This document shows, piece by piece, positions 18,803-30,200 of a stretch of 64,000 nt of DNA (position 1 is its first letter; every line of letters starts with the position of its first letter). Position numbers and translations under genes: made by a program. A model generated the notes under the pieces. That model saw only the letters and a list, made by a program, of their open reading frames with translations. It did no database searches and was not told the DNA's origin. Source of the stretch: a virus (lineage: Duplodnaviria; Caudoviricetes); the IMG/VR virus record IMGVR_UViG_3300021431_000081, positions 32,001 through 96,000 of that record. One strand, written 5' to 3'.

Positions 18803-21800
18803 TTAAATTGAGAATTCAATACAAATACCCTGAGTACCTGAAGAACTCCAGTAGTCTTCCGTACCTGCAGCATAATCATCATTATCACCACAGATGGAGT
18901 ACCAAGTGTAACTGTAGTTCGGCATAGCGGATCTCGTCATATAACGTCCAACTGTACCATCAGGATAAGCACGTTTACGATCATTTGATGTAATGATATA
19001 ATCAACAGTATAAGAACCATTCTCATCTGGTTCACCTGCTTCCTGATCATAAGGGTATCTGTTATAATTACTATTCAGTTCCAGAATAGATGGAATGGTG
19101 AAGTAGCAATCACCATAGTTAATTACCGCATTCTGTTCATTTGAACCAGAACCAGTATAACCTGTATTAGCGCCAATCTTACATTGCTTTAACAGTTGTC
19201 TCCATACCACAGGAACAGCCTGATAGAATCTGCCATTCAGTATGGTATTGCTTTCACTACGTACCCAACCACCAATATTTGAACCTGTAGCAACCGTCAT
19301 AGGATTGGAGAGCAGCTTATCTGCAATGAATGAAAGAGTAGATCTTGCACCAGAGTTATCTGAGAGATAGTAACGTCTAAATCCAGACACCTCACCTGTA
19401 ATCTCTTCATGAGGCCACAGAGCCATCTGTCTGCAAGCAGTATCACCCAGATCTGCGTAATACAGTTTAGCACCATAGATTGTACCTACAGAATAAGATC
19501 CTAAGATACCATCATCCGCTCTGGTTGCTCCAAAGATCAAAGTAGCACCATTGGTAGTAATACATCTGGATGCAGATATTACATTATATCCAATTGCGGG
19601 ATTTGGCATATTGCCAGTATAAACGTACAGATCGGTTTCACCCTTCTTATGCCGTAATACAACCATATCACGAGTGTCTGTATTACCCGCACTTACAGAT
19701 GTACCACCCCACAATACTTTATTGCCAGATGCATATCTGAATTGGAATCCGTTCATACCATTTGCCTGATAGCACTGGAAGAGTACAGAATTTGCACGAG
19801 TGGAAGAATCCATCTCATAATCTACTACCAAAATCCAGTCTTTATCTACATCCAATAACGGAATACCAGTATCTACATAATCACCCTTCACACCAGTAAA
19901 GGTTCTAGGACCGTTCGGGAACAGATCCACAGATTCAATGTTACTGTAGTTAAAGTCAATACCCATAGTAAAGCTGAGACTGTCTTTACTGTGAATGGTC
20001 ACGGGCAGATCACCTGTATCAGGATCTCTTAACTTGATCATAGCATATATCTGTGAAGGAGTCATCTCAGATAATGGAGTATTCTGTAAATCAGATTCAT
20101 TGTAATGATAAGAATCAAAGTCAGCTTCAACCACAATATCCTTCGTTAAGATAGGATATGTCTTCCAACCTTTGAATAAATGGTAAATATAGGACGCTTC
20201 CTGTTTGGTATAAACAGGCAATTCACCTGTATACTCCACAGCATCTCCATAGTTGCCCTTCAAAGTCTGAAGTACCGTACCGTCATAATTGACGAACTGA
20301 CAAGTATACTGGTGAGGAGTCTCATCATATACAGCCGTAATGGTTCTATCACTACGTACATTGGTTAACTGCAAATCCCAACCAGAGTAAGTATAGTCTG
20401 TTGCAATGGTCTCACCATCTTCCAGATAGATCACCATGGTTGGTGTAGGAATAGGATTAACCGCTCTGGTAACAGGATCTTCGGCATTCTGTCCTTCAAT
20501 TATATGTTGTACGTCCCAAACCGCATGGGCAGGATCAGGATCTATACTAGGATTACGGAATGTTACCGTATATGCTCTTAATATAGCGTCTGATGGAACA
20601 TCTACCATTAAGTCAGGCCAGATGTCATTATATGTCTCAAGTGTAAAAGTATCTGTAGTAGGAAGATGTACCGTACCACTTAAGATAGACTGCGTGATAT
20701 CATATCCAGATGCATCTACACCAGTAAGGTTAAGTAATGGTCTAAGCCAAGAATCTTCAACGGTCCAATCAATGCCAGTTGCTCTTAATCTATAAAGATT
20801 TGTAGCACGAGTAATCATATCCACCAAGTTTATTGTAGGACAAGATTCTGCTACAATTCGCTGTAAGTTTGTATAACCTGCAATCTGGAGATCTGTTAAA
20901 TAAACCAGATTTTTCAGAGTAATGGATGCAATAGCAGGTAAATGTGCCTTAGTAATTTTACCACCAGATGCAAATGTAATACCTGCCAGTCCAGTTCCTT
21001 CAGCATAGAATGTCTCTAAATTCGGGCATCCACTGAAATCTAATGTACCTGTCAAGTTAGGAGCATTCCTAACATCCAGGGTTTGCAGTAATACATTGTT
21101 ACCAATGTTTAATGTAGTCAGGAAGTTGTTGACATAGCCAGATGTAGTATTACCAATAATCAGCGTTCTTAACTTCGTAGCTTTGCTGAAGTCATTATCA
21201 TGGATATAACAAGCTGACAGATCATTCAATTCCTGAATTCTGGATGCGCAGTAAATAAGCACCGCAGTATCATCCATAGTAGTATAAGGACAGGTAACCT
21301 CATACGTCTGTCCTGCTTTTGCTCTGATCTGTTTTACAGAACTGTTACCAAATAAAACTGACAGATACATATCAGAATAAGGAACAATGCTCAGAGTGTA
21401 ATTCGGTGCTACCACTGCTGTAGTAGGAGTATTACATCTGAACATGATTTGATCAGAAGTTACGCTACTAGCAAGATGTTTACTGCCCATGTACTTCTCC
21501 TGATCACGTTCGAACTGTCTACGCTGATATTTTTTACGACCATTCATCATGGAATTCAGGAATCTGGTATTACCATTTCTATAAGGACGTAAGTACTTTC
21601 TTTCAATATCGAGTCTCCATAATTCTTCAGGGAACTGACTCTGCCAGTTATCAAACTGATTGATCAGTGAAGTAGCACTCCAACATCCCGTACCATCCAG
21701 AGACTGGTACATAACATTTAATCTATCAGGGAATAAGTAACGTATTCTTCTCCAGAATACGGAATCAGCTGCATTGTAAATCCAACCAGAGGCAGGATCA

Positions 21801-24800
21801 CCGTCTGAACGATAATCAATATCTTCTTTGCCATAAGGCATAGTTAATTCTCCCGTATTGTTAATTCCAATACTACTATCAAAATCATAGCCCCATAACT
21901 CAAATCTGTACTTACCATCAGCACACTTACCATAATGCCAGAATGTATTCTTGGAACGGTTATCAATCATAGTGTATCTCTCAGTAAATAAATACCAGAA
22001 AAGAGGAGAATCCACGATCATCCAGTCACTCAATTCATTGACGAATTCTTCATCAGTGGATGTTACCACCCAACCATAAAAGTCACGCCATACTTGCTTA
22101 TTCTCTAATTCCTGTTGTTCTTTTTCTGCTTCGGTTGCAGTAGACAATCCATCCTTGACCTCACCGCCAAGTTCATATCTAAATTCGAAAGTTTCATCCC
22201 ATTCATTATACAGACTATCATACTTAGGATTACCCGGCTTCCATTCAGCAGAAGTGATAGGATACTTAATGCTGCCATCTGCATTATAAACACCTGTATC
22301 AAAGGTGGAATTCGGTAAAGTATTATCACTGATTTCTATGCAGAATTCTTTAAGATCATTAGGATCGTTTACTCTGGTTACGTCAGTTTTCTTAGAATCA
22401 CCAATATTACCTATAGAATAGAAGTGCCATTCAGTATCTTGGAATTCACGGTGAGTAGTAACATCTGGATCGTTCTCACGAATAAAGACTACGCAGTTAG
22501 CAAATTCCATTGCATTTTTAACCTTGGGGTCATTTTCTCTGGCAACTGATAAGTAGGGGAGATAAGTATTATAACGATTCTGTAATTGTGCGTTATTTGC
22601 ATTTTCAGAGGAGGCCACGTTAACTTTTATATTGAACCAATTATTTGGTACAGAGTTCCTAGTCAGACTAACTTTACCTGTACCATCTGAAATAACGCTA
22701 CCATCACCTAACGTCAGCTTCGTTACGTAATTTGTATCCAGAGGAATCTTAGATATGATCTGATGCTCTCCATCAGCGCACATAATTATATCTATGTTCC
22801 TAGAGGAAGCACCATATTCGTTGGAGGTCGTCCCTTGTCCGGCGTGATAACAGTTCTCAAATGTCCAGTTATCTAACGTAGCATCTCCACCTTTATAAAT
22901 ACACTGCACCTTGGTATTCTTTACATAGTCTTTCTTGTTGTTCGTAAAGTATGGCGCATCAATCTTTATAATTCTTAACTGAGGACATTTTTCTGCTAAT
23001 GTCTCAGGTGTCAGATTATTATTCTCATCGTAGATCTGATTACGATTATAACGGCTTACCATTTCTTCTGCAGTACGTGCATCCGCAATAAAATTATTCA
23101 GAATATCCGAATCAGAAAGAGAAGAGTTGTAGCATTTCATTCTGTAAATCCAGATATCACATTCTGTTGAACCGAATGTAATACCAACAGGATCACTCTG
23201 CGTGAAGGAATCATCTGCACCATAAATCATAGGACGCAACCCTACACCATCTTCATAACTCATTACCATAGGAATATCTGAAGTATCCTTAGAAATATTG
23301 AATTCGAATTCAATAATGTCTTCTTCTGATAAAGGAATTTCTAACGAATTAACGGTTGATTTAACGTAAGTATAATGAGGTTTGCCAATTAAACCTACTT
23401 GAGATGTTTCTGAAGAACAACTCATCCAAGTAGTATTAATATCTCTTACATTTGTAATCTTATAAATTAATTTGAATTCTTTACCATTACGTTTAGCATC
23501 ATCACTAAATAATTGATAATCAAATGTAGCAGTAGTACCTGCCTTTACGCAGAAATACTGATCTCCTGCTTCATCAATCTGATAACCACCATTTACCCAG
23601 TCGAAGTTCTCAGATACAGACATAGAGTATGTACCATTTGTCCAAATTCTGTCAGCACTATTGTTGCTCTTGCCTACCGGGTTAAAGTCTACCTGTAAAT
23701 TAGCAGTAATAGGCGTTACATCAATATCCAGTTTCGTAACATTTACAGATATAGTTTTAATGATATTACGACACTTAATGGATAATGCATGTTGACCTAC
23801 GTCTGCGGATTTATATGACCATGTGTGAGTACCATTAGTAACAGTTAATGTAGACACTACCGTACCGTCTACTGACAAATAGATAGTAGGAGATTCTGTA
23901 TTTGGATCGTAAACAGTATATCTAATATTATTAGTATTATACTGAACAGTAGAAATAGTTTGTTGCGCTACACCAATAACAGGAACAGATGAGTTTTCAT
24001 CATAATAAATGATATCCTTGAAAATATGATCTGTTTCAATAGGAGTGCTATTAATATTGGCAGTGGCCCACATCTCTAACAGATGAGCGCCATGCGCTTT
24101 TTCTGGCAGAGTGTAACTCATTGGAATACCCGAAGAAGTAGTTGTTACAGATTCTAATTCTGTTCCATCTAACTTAAAGTGTATTACCTTGGAAACACTA
24201 CCATAAGGCGTATAATCGACACTGATCGGTCCAATAGGATAAGTAAATCCATCATTAAAACTGGATTCTAATCGAATATCTACTATCTGTACTGTCCACG
24301 CACGAGTACCAATCGTACCGTTATCATCTTCAATGGACAGTAAGAGTCTCTGAGATCCTAATGATACATAACTGGTAATATCAAATTCGTAATCCTGATC
24401 AGATGTCAGATTCTGTGTACCAATCACGGTATTGCCAATTCTCCATGTAGCAAAACCGCCTAATCCAATACCAGAACTATCCACAGATTTATAATGGTAT
24501 TTCAATACAACCTTACTGCCTACTAATGCGGTAACAGGTGTAGTGGTAATATATTGGATCGTAATAGTAGAAGAGGAACTAGACCCCCCACCCCCACCAC
24601 CAACGATCTTATACGCACTGACAACTGTAGGATTTGCCATCGCTTCATCATCAGGCTCATATTCCAACAGTTTTAATTTATATTTGTCTTCTTCAGATGC
24701 ACTTTCATCTGTGTTATAATCTAATCTATATTTTTTACCGCCATCCGAAGTTGCACCACTAATAGCTGTTTCTAATTCTGCAATCTTATTACCAAGTGTA

Positions 24801-25969
24801 CCAATACTGGTTTTGTTGGTATTTGCAGTAGATGTGGTTTCATTTAATGCGGTCTGTAATGCGGTAACAGAAGAAGTATCCGCTTTTGTGGCTAACTTAT
24901 TATCCACTTCCGTAGATGTGTAATATCCATCACCTGATAACTTATTATCTAAGGCTTCTACACTATCTTCAATGGTATCCAGTCTGGCATCATTACTGGT
25001 CTGATAAGCAGTTAACGCATCAGATACCGTACCAACGGCAGAACTGATGTCATCACCAATAGAATCTCTGAAAGCAGTAGTCCATGCAGCAGATGGATCT
25101 TGAGATAAGTCATGATGGCTTAATTCGTTTTCGCCATCATAGAATGTTATTACATGAGAAGTTGCATTATAAGTAACACTTAAATTAAGTGCATGATTGT
25201 CTACTTCTTCTTTGGTATAATAATTGACTAATGCATTGGCAATCTGAGTATTTAAATCCTCTCTTACATTACCCTCAACAGTAGCCACCACATTATCTTT
25301 TTCCTGATTGAATTCATCTAATTTTTCTGATACAGAGTCAACCGCTTCCTGTGCATCGGTGGCAGCAGTTTTAGCTTCTGTTACAGCTGCATTGATCTGG
25401 ATCAGATAAGAATTCCATCCATCATCAGGTTCAATTAAACTATCATAAGATAATCCTTCTAATACATTTAATTGATTATTGGGACGAGTCTTCCAGACAT
25501 AATTACCTGCAGATGTTGAACCAGTGGCCTGAATCTCAAACTTAATATTACCTTTGGATTTGGTCATGGCATTGTTGACCAGTAAATGGAACTTAATATA
25601 AGAATCATTATAGGAAACATTACATGCTACACTAATGATCCCTTCACCATCTGCATTCAACACATAAAACTGAATCAACATCTTTGTTAAATCAATACCA
25701 TCTGCATATCTTGGCATCCGAAAACCAATTAACTGAGCATGATTTTCCTGCGTGATATTGATCTGATCACTGGCTACTGTTACTGTTTTAGATGCTTCAA
25801 CTATGGAAGTGCTTTGATCATCTGTGTAATCTTCATACCAATTGTAACCATCTTCAACACCTAACCGTACCCACTCTGAACTATCTTCATTAACAGTATC
25901 AGCTAATGTAGCACCGTCACTTGCACTTAATAAACTCGCCCTAATCGAATCAGTGAAAGATGAAGGCAT
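18803..25969 (-). CDS. Large multidomain tail protein (2388 aa): BppU-like N-terminus, beta-sandwich/LamG-like domains, CotH-kinase-like domain, LRR, InlB-B-like repeats, C-terminal DUF6273/C-lectin-like domain
   Basis: PRY.DGIDL (BppU-like); DNRSKN and YDFDS.IG.NN.G (CotH-like); L..L.I.N...L..LD (LRR); YT..F.NYDG..L...F.GW (B-repeat-like); C-terminal Y.TRS......W......G......GI...F.I. Confidence 0.7.
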   Translation of the reverse strand: MPSSFTDSIRASLLSASDGATLADTVNEDSSEWVRLGVEDGYNWYEDYTDDQSTSIVEASKTVTVASDQINITQENHAQLIGFRMPRYADGIDLTKMLIQFYVLNADGEGIISVACNVSYNDSYIKFHLLVNNAMTKSKGNIKFEIQATGSTSAGNYVWKTRPNNQLNVLEGLSYDSLIEPDDGWNSYLIQINAAVTEAKTAATDAQEAVDSVSEKLDEFNQEKDNVVATVEGNVREDLNTQIANALVNYYTKEEVDNHALNLSVTYNATSHVITFYDGENELSHHDLSQDPSAAWTTAFRDSIGDDISSAVGTVSDALTAYQTSNDARLDTIEDSVEALDNKLSGDGYYTSTEVDNKLATKADTSSVTALQTALNETTSTANTNKTSIGTLGNKIAELETAISGATSDGGKKYRLDYNTDESASEEDKYKLKLLEYEPDDEAMANPTVVSAYKIVGGGGGGSSSSSTITIQYITTTPVTALVGSKVVLKYHYKSVDSSGIGLGGFATWRIGNTVIGTQNLTSDQDYEFDITSYVSLGSQRLLLSIEDDNGTIGTRAWTVQIVDIRLESSFNDGFTYPIGPISVDYTPYGSVSKVIHFKLDGTELESVTTTSSGIPMSYTLPEKAHGAHLLEMWATANINSTPIETDHIFKDIIYYDENSSVPVIGVAQQTISTVQYNTNNIRYTVYDPNTESPTIYLSVDGTVVSTLTVTNGTHTWSYKSADVGQHALSIKCRNIIKTISVNVTKLDIDVTPITANLQVDFNPVGKSNNSADRIWTNGTYSMSVSENFDWVNGGYQIDEAGDQYFCVKAGTTATFDYQLFSDDAKRNGKEFKLIYKITNVRDINTTWMSCSSETSQVGLIGKPHYTYVKSTVNSLEIPLSEEDIIEFEFNISKDTSDIPMVMSYEDGVGLRPMIYGADDSFTQSDPVGITFGSTECDIWIYRMKCYNSSLSDSDILNNFIADARTAEEMVSRYNRNQIYDENNNLTPETLAEKCPQLRIIKIDAPYFTNNKKDYVKNTKVQCIYKGGDATLDNWTFENCYHAGQGTTSNEYGASSRNIDIIMCADGEHQIISKIPLDTNYVTKLTLGDGSVISDGTGKVSLTRNSVPNNWFNIKVNVASSENANNAQLQNRYNTYLPYLSVARENDPKVKNAMEFANCVVFIRENDPDVTTHREFQDTEWHFYSIGNIGDSKKTDVTRVNDPNDLKEFCIEISDNTLPNSTFDTGVYNADGSIKYPITSAEWKPGNPKYDSLYNEWDETFEFRYELGGEVKDGLSTATEAEKEQQELENKQVWRDFYGWVVTSTDEEFVNELSDWMIVDSPLFWYLFTERYTMIDNRSKNTFWHYGKCADGKYRFELWGYDFDSSIGINNTGELTMPYGKEDIDYRSDGDPASGWIYNAADSVFWRRIRYLFPDRLNVMYQSLDGTGCWSATSLINQFDNWQSQFPEELWRLDIERKYLRPYRNGNTRFLNSMMNGRKKYQRRQFERDQEKYMGSKHLASSVTSDQIMFRCNTPTTAVVAPNYTLSIVPYSDMYLSVLFGNSSVKQIRAKAGQTYEVTCPYTTMDDTAVLIYCASRIQELNDLSACYIHDNDFSKATKLRTLIIGNTTSGYVNNFLTTLNIGNNVLLQTLDVRNAPNLTGTLDFSGCPNLETFYAEGTGLAGITFASGGKITKAHLPAIASITLKNLVYLTDLQIAGYTNLQRIVAESCPTINLVDMITRATNLYRLRATGIDWTVEDSWLRPLLNLTGVDASGYDITQSILSGTVHLPTTDTFTLETYNDIWPDLMVDVPSDAILRAYTVTFRNPSIDPDPAHAVWDVQHIIEGQNAEDPVTRAVNPIPTPTMVIYLEDGETIATDYTYSGWDLQLTNVRSDRTITAVYDETPHQYTCQFVNYDGTVLQTLKGNYGDAVEYTGELPVYTKQEASYIYHLFKGWKTYPILTKDIVVEADFDSYHYNESDLQNTPLSEMTPSQIYAMIKLRDPDTGDLPVTIHSKDSLSFTMGIDFNYSNIESVDLFPNGPRTFTGVKGDYVDTGIPLLDVDKDWILVVDYEMDSSTRANSVLFQCYQANGMNGFQFRYASGNKVLWGGTSVSAGNTDTRDMVVLRHKKGETDLYVYTGNMPNPAIGYNVISASRCITTNGATLIFGATRADDGILGSYSVGTIYGAKLYYADLGDTACRQMALWPHEEITGEVSGFRRYYLSDNSGARSTLSFIADKLLSNPMTVATGSNIGGWVRSESNTILNGRFYQAVPVVWRQLLKQCKIGANTGYTGSGSNEQNAVINYGDCYFTIPSILELNSNYNRYPYDQEAGEPDENGSYTVDYIITSNDRKRAYPDGTVGRYMTRSAMPNYSYTWYSICGDNDDYAAGTEDYWSSSGTQGICIEFSI

Positions 25970-25990
25970 ATCTTTACCCTCCTTTCTAAT

Positions 25991-26530
25991 TTATTGCATT
26001 TGGGAAATTAATTCGTCTAACTTGGTTTTATAATAATCAGAAAAGTCATTGGTAGATAAGCCTTTCCCATCTTCTTTATCTACTTTATTCGTCATCTGAG
26101 CAATGTAATTTGCAAATATCTTAAAGTCTTCGGAATCCACTACAACGCCATCATCATAAGCAGATTCTTCGACCACAACATCAAATACTAAACTAGGTAC
26201 ACGCTTTGTACCTGTTTCTTTATCATAAATATCTACATTGGCTTTGCCTCTTCCCGCTGACCATGATAACTGTTGTGGAAGAGTAAAAGTAACTGTACCA
26301 TTATCATCAATCGTTCCTTCATACAAACAGTGATTACCTACTGGTGTGATCACTTTTAAATAAGCCATTTCATTATCTTTATTGATGGAATATAATAAAC
26401 CATTTGCAGTAAACGTAACAACCAATTTATAAGTATATTGATTAAACTGTTTTACAGATATACTCTTAATAGGATTGGCAATTACATCTAGTACTAACGG
26501 TATCACAATAGATTCTGTAATAGATGCCAT
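25991..26530 (-). CDS. BppU-family baseplate upper protein (short)
   Basis: N-terminus closely paralogous to 26544..28856 (GTVTF.LPQQLSW..G.G); ends with the KVDKEDGKGLSTNDF fibre motif. Confidence 0.7.
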   Translation of the reverse strand: MASITESIVIPLVLDVIANPIKSISVKQFNQYTYKLVVTFTANGLLYSINKDNEMAYLKVITPVGNHCLYEGTIDDNGTVTFTLPQQLSWSAGRGKANVDIYDKETGTKRVPSLVFDVVVEESAYDDGVVVDSEDFKIFANYIAQMTNKVDKEDGKGLSTNDFSDYYKTKLDELISQMQ

Positions 26531-26543
26531 AATTCACCCCCTA

Positions 26544-28856
26544 TTAATCTCTTGGCAGTTTTTGACAGGTTATTGTTCGCATCAGTAAACCAGTAGAAGT
26601 AATCTTGTGTTCACTGGTAATGGTAATCGTCCCTGAAGCAACATTGCCACTATTTACATACATAAAAGGATATACTTCACCTACTTCAAAATTCCTATCA
26701 TGAAAACTCTTAATGGTTACTTCGGTATAAGTGTTCTTACCTATCTCACCCATCTGAATGATTAATCGATTAAACTGCGTTAAATCATAAGCGTTATTAG
26801 TTGCTACCGAAGAACTAATAGCGCCACAGAAATTCAGATCATCCACATAAGAGAATGTGAGCGTTTTTCCTGTATTGGATAATAGCTGAACGGAACTTTT
26901 GGCACTAGAATTTACTACAGAATAATTGTTATTTGTAATTTTCATTAAAGTACTACTTTGACAGTTTATTTCACCTGAATTTAAAACACTGGGAGCAAAG
27001 GTTATAGGAAGATTTGATCCAGTTACATTTCTAAAGTAATTATTGCTGTATTCAATTCTATTAGATCTGCCTGTGATAAAAACATCATGAGTATTTACAT
27101 TTGAGGGTAATACATTATAATTGTTGGTATATACCACATCATCACAATAGGAGATGTAATTATAAGTGGAAGATCCTTTAATATTATTGCCACTAACTCG
27201 TCCTGTAAAAACATTCCTTAAATCAAATGCCCGTCTACAGTTTTCAATATAACAATCTTCAATAATTAAATTGGAAATTCCTAATAAGAAAAATGCAGTA
27301 TCTGTAGCATTATAAATCTTGCAGCCACGAATGGTGATATTCTTAGCAGGTCTGTCAGATTGCTGACTGGAATCATAATAAGAATGTTTACCAATAGCAT
27401 CTTCCATACTACGACCATTTCTTTCAAAGGTACAATTATCAATAGTCAGTCCATCTACTACCGTACCATCATAAGTTACAGAATCCTGACTCGCAAACCA
27501 GGGGAAGTTGCCATAAGTACAGTTATCAATATTTATATATTCTTTTCTACTAGATCCCCCAGATCCCATTCCTTGGAACAGGCAATCTCTAATGGTCACA
27601 TTCTTACAGGCACATATCTCAAAATAGTGATCACGAGTGCAATCCTTAAATACTACATTCTCCACTAAAATGTTCTGACCATGACATAGATCAATACTTC
27701 CTTTTTCAATTGTACCGTTACGAATAATAATCGTACCATTACCGTTGTATCCCGTATATACATCCGTAGATAGGAAGTTATGAATTAAGTGATTACCAGT
27801 AGTATTATCAATACCTGTTAAAGTTGCACCATTCAAATCTAAGATTGTTCCCTGATATACAATAACAGGCGCACCGACTTTATATTTCTTTCCCTGAGTG
27901 AACATTACCAATCGACCATTTTTAAATGTATTTAATAGTGATTCGGTATCATCTGTTTCACCATCTCCCACAGCACCATACATTTCTGGTGATACATAAG
28001 GTCTGAGTAATAAACCTTGTACGGCATTATCTAGTTTCTCTAAAGTCACTGCACCATCATTTATAGTAAATGTCTTAACAGCAGATGGATATAGCTTCTC
28101 ACTTGTTACAGCATGAGATTGTATTTTTGCTGCACTGACAGATCCATCAGCTAATTGCGCTTCTGTCACAGATTTATTCGCCAACTTTTCAGTTGTAACC
28201 GCTCCATCATTGATAGTTTCTGTAATAACAGCCCCATCATTGAGTTTATCATCTGTTATTGCTCCTTTTGCTATTTTTGAGGTGGTAATTGTTCCATCAG
28301 GAATTGAGATCATCAATGCGTCTTCCGCAGATTGTTTGGCTGAATCAGCACTGTTCTTAGCCTGTTCCGCAGATTCTGCAGCTAATTCGGCATTTGCTTT
28401 TACTTCATTTCGGAATTCCTGACTTTGTTTCAAAAAACTGGAGAATAAACTAAAATCATCAGATTCAACTACCACACCATCCTCATAAGCGGATGCCAGT
28501 ACATTAATCACAAAGTCCTGTGTGGAAACAATGTTACCTGTACTTAATGATACTATATCTACACGACCAGTACCTTTTCCTGAGTCCCATGACAACTGTT
28601 GTGGTAGAACGAATGTCACCGTTCCATCATCATTTATTTCTCCCGTATAACTATAGTTATTTTCATTAGAGGTAATTACTGCTAAAACACATTTCTGCTG
28701 ATTTGCGTTTAACGTTGTTTTATAGCCCTGATCTGTTATGATTACCGTAAGATTATAAGTATGTTGGTTATATTGATTAATCCTCAATTCTTTTACTTTA
28801 CTGGTGACAGTATCTAAGGACATGGATAAATTTACTGAATTCAATATGCTTGCCAT
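26544..28856 (-). CDS. Tailspike/depolymerase: BppU-like N-terminus plus pectate-lyase-like right-handed beta-helix
   Basis: VSPEMYGAVGDGETDDT motif followed by repeated beta-helix strands (NVTIRDC.F, NITIRGC.I, NLIIEDC.I). Confidence 0.85.
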   Translation of the reverse strand: MASILNSVNLSMSLDTVTSKVKELRINQYNQHTYNLTVIITDQGYKTTLNANQQKCVLAVITSNENNYSYTGEINDDGTVTFVLPQQLSWDSGKGTGRVDIVSLSTGNIVSTQDFVINVLASAYEDGVVVESDDFSLFSSFLKQSQEFRNEVKANAELAAESAEQAKNSADSAKQSAEDALMISIPDGTITTSKIAKGAITDDKLNDGAVITETINDGAVTTEKLANKSVTEAQLADGSVSAAKIQSHAVTSEKLYPSAVKTFTINDGAVTLEKLDNAVQGLLLRPYVSPEMYGAVGDGETDDTESLLNTFKNGRLVMFTQGKKYKVGAPVIVYQGTILDLNGATLTGIDNTTGNHLIHNFLSTDVYTGYNGNGTIIIRNGTIEKGSIDLCHGQNILVENVVFKDCTRDHYFEICACKNVTIRDCLFQGMGSGGSSRKEYINIDNCTYGNFPWFASQDSVTYDGTVVDGLTIDNCTFERNGRSMEDAIGKHSYYDSSQQSDRPAKNITIRGCKIYNATDTAFFLLGISNLIIEDCYIENCRRAFDLRNVFTGRVSGNNIKGSSTYNYISYCDDVVYTNNYNVLPSNVNTHDVFITGRSNRIEYSNNYFRNVTGSNLPITFAPSVLNSGEINCQSSTLMKITNNNYSVVNSSAKSSVQLLSNTGKTLTFSYVDDLNFCGAISSSVATNNAYDLTQFNRLIIQMGEIGKNTYTEVTIKSFHDRNFEVGEVYPFMYVNSGNVASGTITITSEHKITSTGLLMRTITCQKLPRD
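28030..28305 (-). repeat. About 9 tandem 10-aa repeats (DGAVTTEKLA-like) in the tailspike stalk
   Basis: DGTITTSKIA, KGAITDDKLN, DGAVITETIN, DGAVTTEKLA, NKSVTEAQLA, DGSVSAAKIQ, SHAVTSEKLY, PSAVKTFTIN, DGAVTLEKLD. Confidence 0.85.
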
Positions 28857-28870
28857 AATACGTCACCTCC

Positions 28871-29680
28871 TTATAATCCTACCTTAACAGCAGGTGCATA
28901 AGTCATATCTATCGTACATCCTATATTTACAGAAAAATTGTTTTCAGTGTTATCTACACTATTATATAATTTGGGAAAAATGAAGTTGAAATCCTTTCCT
29001 AAATTATGATCTTCGTTAGAAGAGGAGATTAGTAAATGCTTGCCATCCATTACAATAATTTCATCCGCAGTACAATTTTTAATGATCGTCTGCGTATTAT
29101 CCCGGAGATTGCTTAACTGAAAATCTCCAGATTCATGAATTGCAATACTAATGGTTGGTGTCACATAACCCTCTTCGTCTGATAAGCTATAAAGTGTAAA
29201 TTCTTTTTCATTATTTAAGTTTACATGAATGTTTACATCTTCATAATATGCATAAGGAGAATCAGTATATAAAGTAAGTTGTAAACCAATAATGCGTCCG
29301 CAGAATGTTACCTGCTGACTCTGAAAACTGCCCATCCAGTATATATCCCTATACTCATCTTGATCCACTTTGAATTTGCAAAATTTGTTTCTTCTACAAA
29401 GCCATCTCTGTAAGAATGACACTTCACGAGGAGTTAAGTACATTTCTTCCTGTGTAGCATTTTGACATGGATCTTTACATATGGTGAACGATATACTGTA
29501 TGGTTCTTCATAATGAGCATCATATAGTTCAAATATGTCCCTATTTGATGCCGTTCCCTGACTGAATTGTATATCTGCTCCTGAAGGAAATGTACCATTG
29601 GAAGCCCCCTCTAATGCACTCATTACATATCCGAATTCTGATAACTTTCTTCCATCAAATTCAAAATCTGTACAATACAT
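28871..29680 (-). CDS. Distal tail protein (Dit-like)
   Basis: DFEFDG.KLS.FG, QRWL, LTL.TDSPYAY motifs; AAGGAG RBS favours the ATG at 29680. Confidence 0.75.
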   Translation of the reverse strand: MYCTDFEFDGRKLSEFGYVMSALEGASNGTFPSGADIQFSQGTASNRDIFELYDAHYEEPYSISFTICKDPCQNATQEEMYLTPREVSFLQRWLCRRNKFCKFKVDQDEYRDIYWMGSFQSQQVTFCGRIIGLQLTLYTDSPYAYYEDVNIHVNLNNEKEFTLYSLSDEEGYVTPTISIAIHESGDFQLSNLRDNTQTIIKNCTADEIIVMDGKHLLISSSNEDHNLGKDFNFIFPKLYNSVDNTENNFSVNIGCTIDMTYAPAVKVGL

Positions 29681-29756
29681 TATGTTCTCCTTCATAAAGA
29701 GTCAGGGGACTGATTGTTCATCAGCCCCCTTGGTTATCTTAATTATCTTAGTTAAC

Positions 29757-30197
29757 TTAATCTATTACTTCAACATCCTGCTCATCCATTTTTTCTACCA
29801 CTGGCTCCTCTTTCTTATCTTTCTTCAATAATGGACGAAGATACAGAATATCAATAGGAGTCATGGTGATACCAGTTTCTCCATCCAATGAGAATTCCTT
29901 TACATCAACATCGATCTCTGTATTCATCATTTCGATCATTTTGATGTTGAACTCTTCGGGGTTATTGATCAGAACAGATTCAGGATTGTTCTCATCCCGA
30001 ATATAATCGCCGTTTTCATCTTTCTTGGCATATTCCTGAATGCATGCCATACGCTTATCGCTTACAATCTTATAAGCAGTACTCATAGATTCAATATTAT
30101 CTGCGATAGCAATTGCCGTTCCTAAAGTAAGATTCTCTTTAGCCAGTTTATCTAAAGTCTCATAAATGTTAGTAATCTGATTAGCTGTAAATTTCAT
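29757..30197 (-). CDS. Hypothetical protein (common tail-region small acidic protein)
   Basis: I..YAKKDENG motif; GGAGG RBS. Confidence 0.6.
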   Translation of the reverse strand: MKFTANQITNIYETLDKLAKENLTLGTAIAIADNIESMSTAYKIVSDKRMACIQEYAKKDENGDYIRDENNPESVLINNPEEFNIKMIEMMNTEIDVDVKEFSLDGETGITMTPIDILYLRPLLKKDKKEEPVVEKMDEQDVEVID

Positions 30198-30200
30198 ATC

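Noticed and set aside
24584-24602. C-rich run in the 2388-aa gene as a phase-variation tract
   Set aside because: The runs are at most 6 nt and interrupted, and they encode an ordinary [10 protein letters not shown] linker
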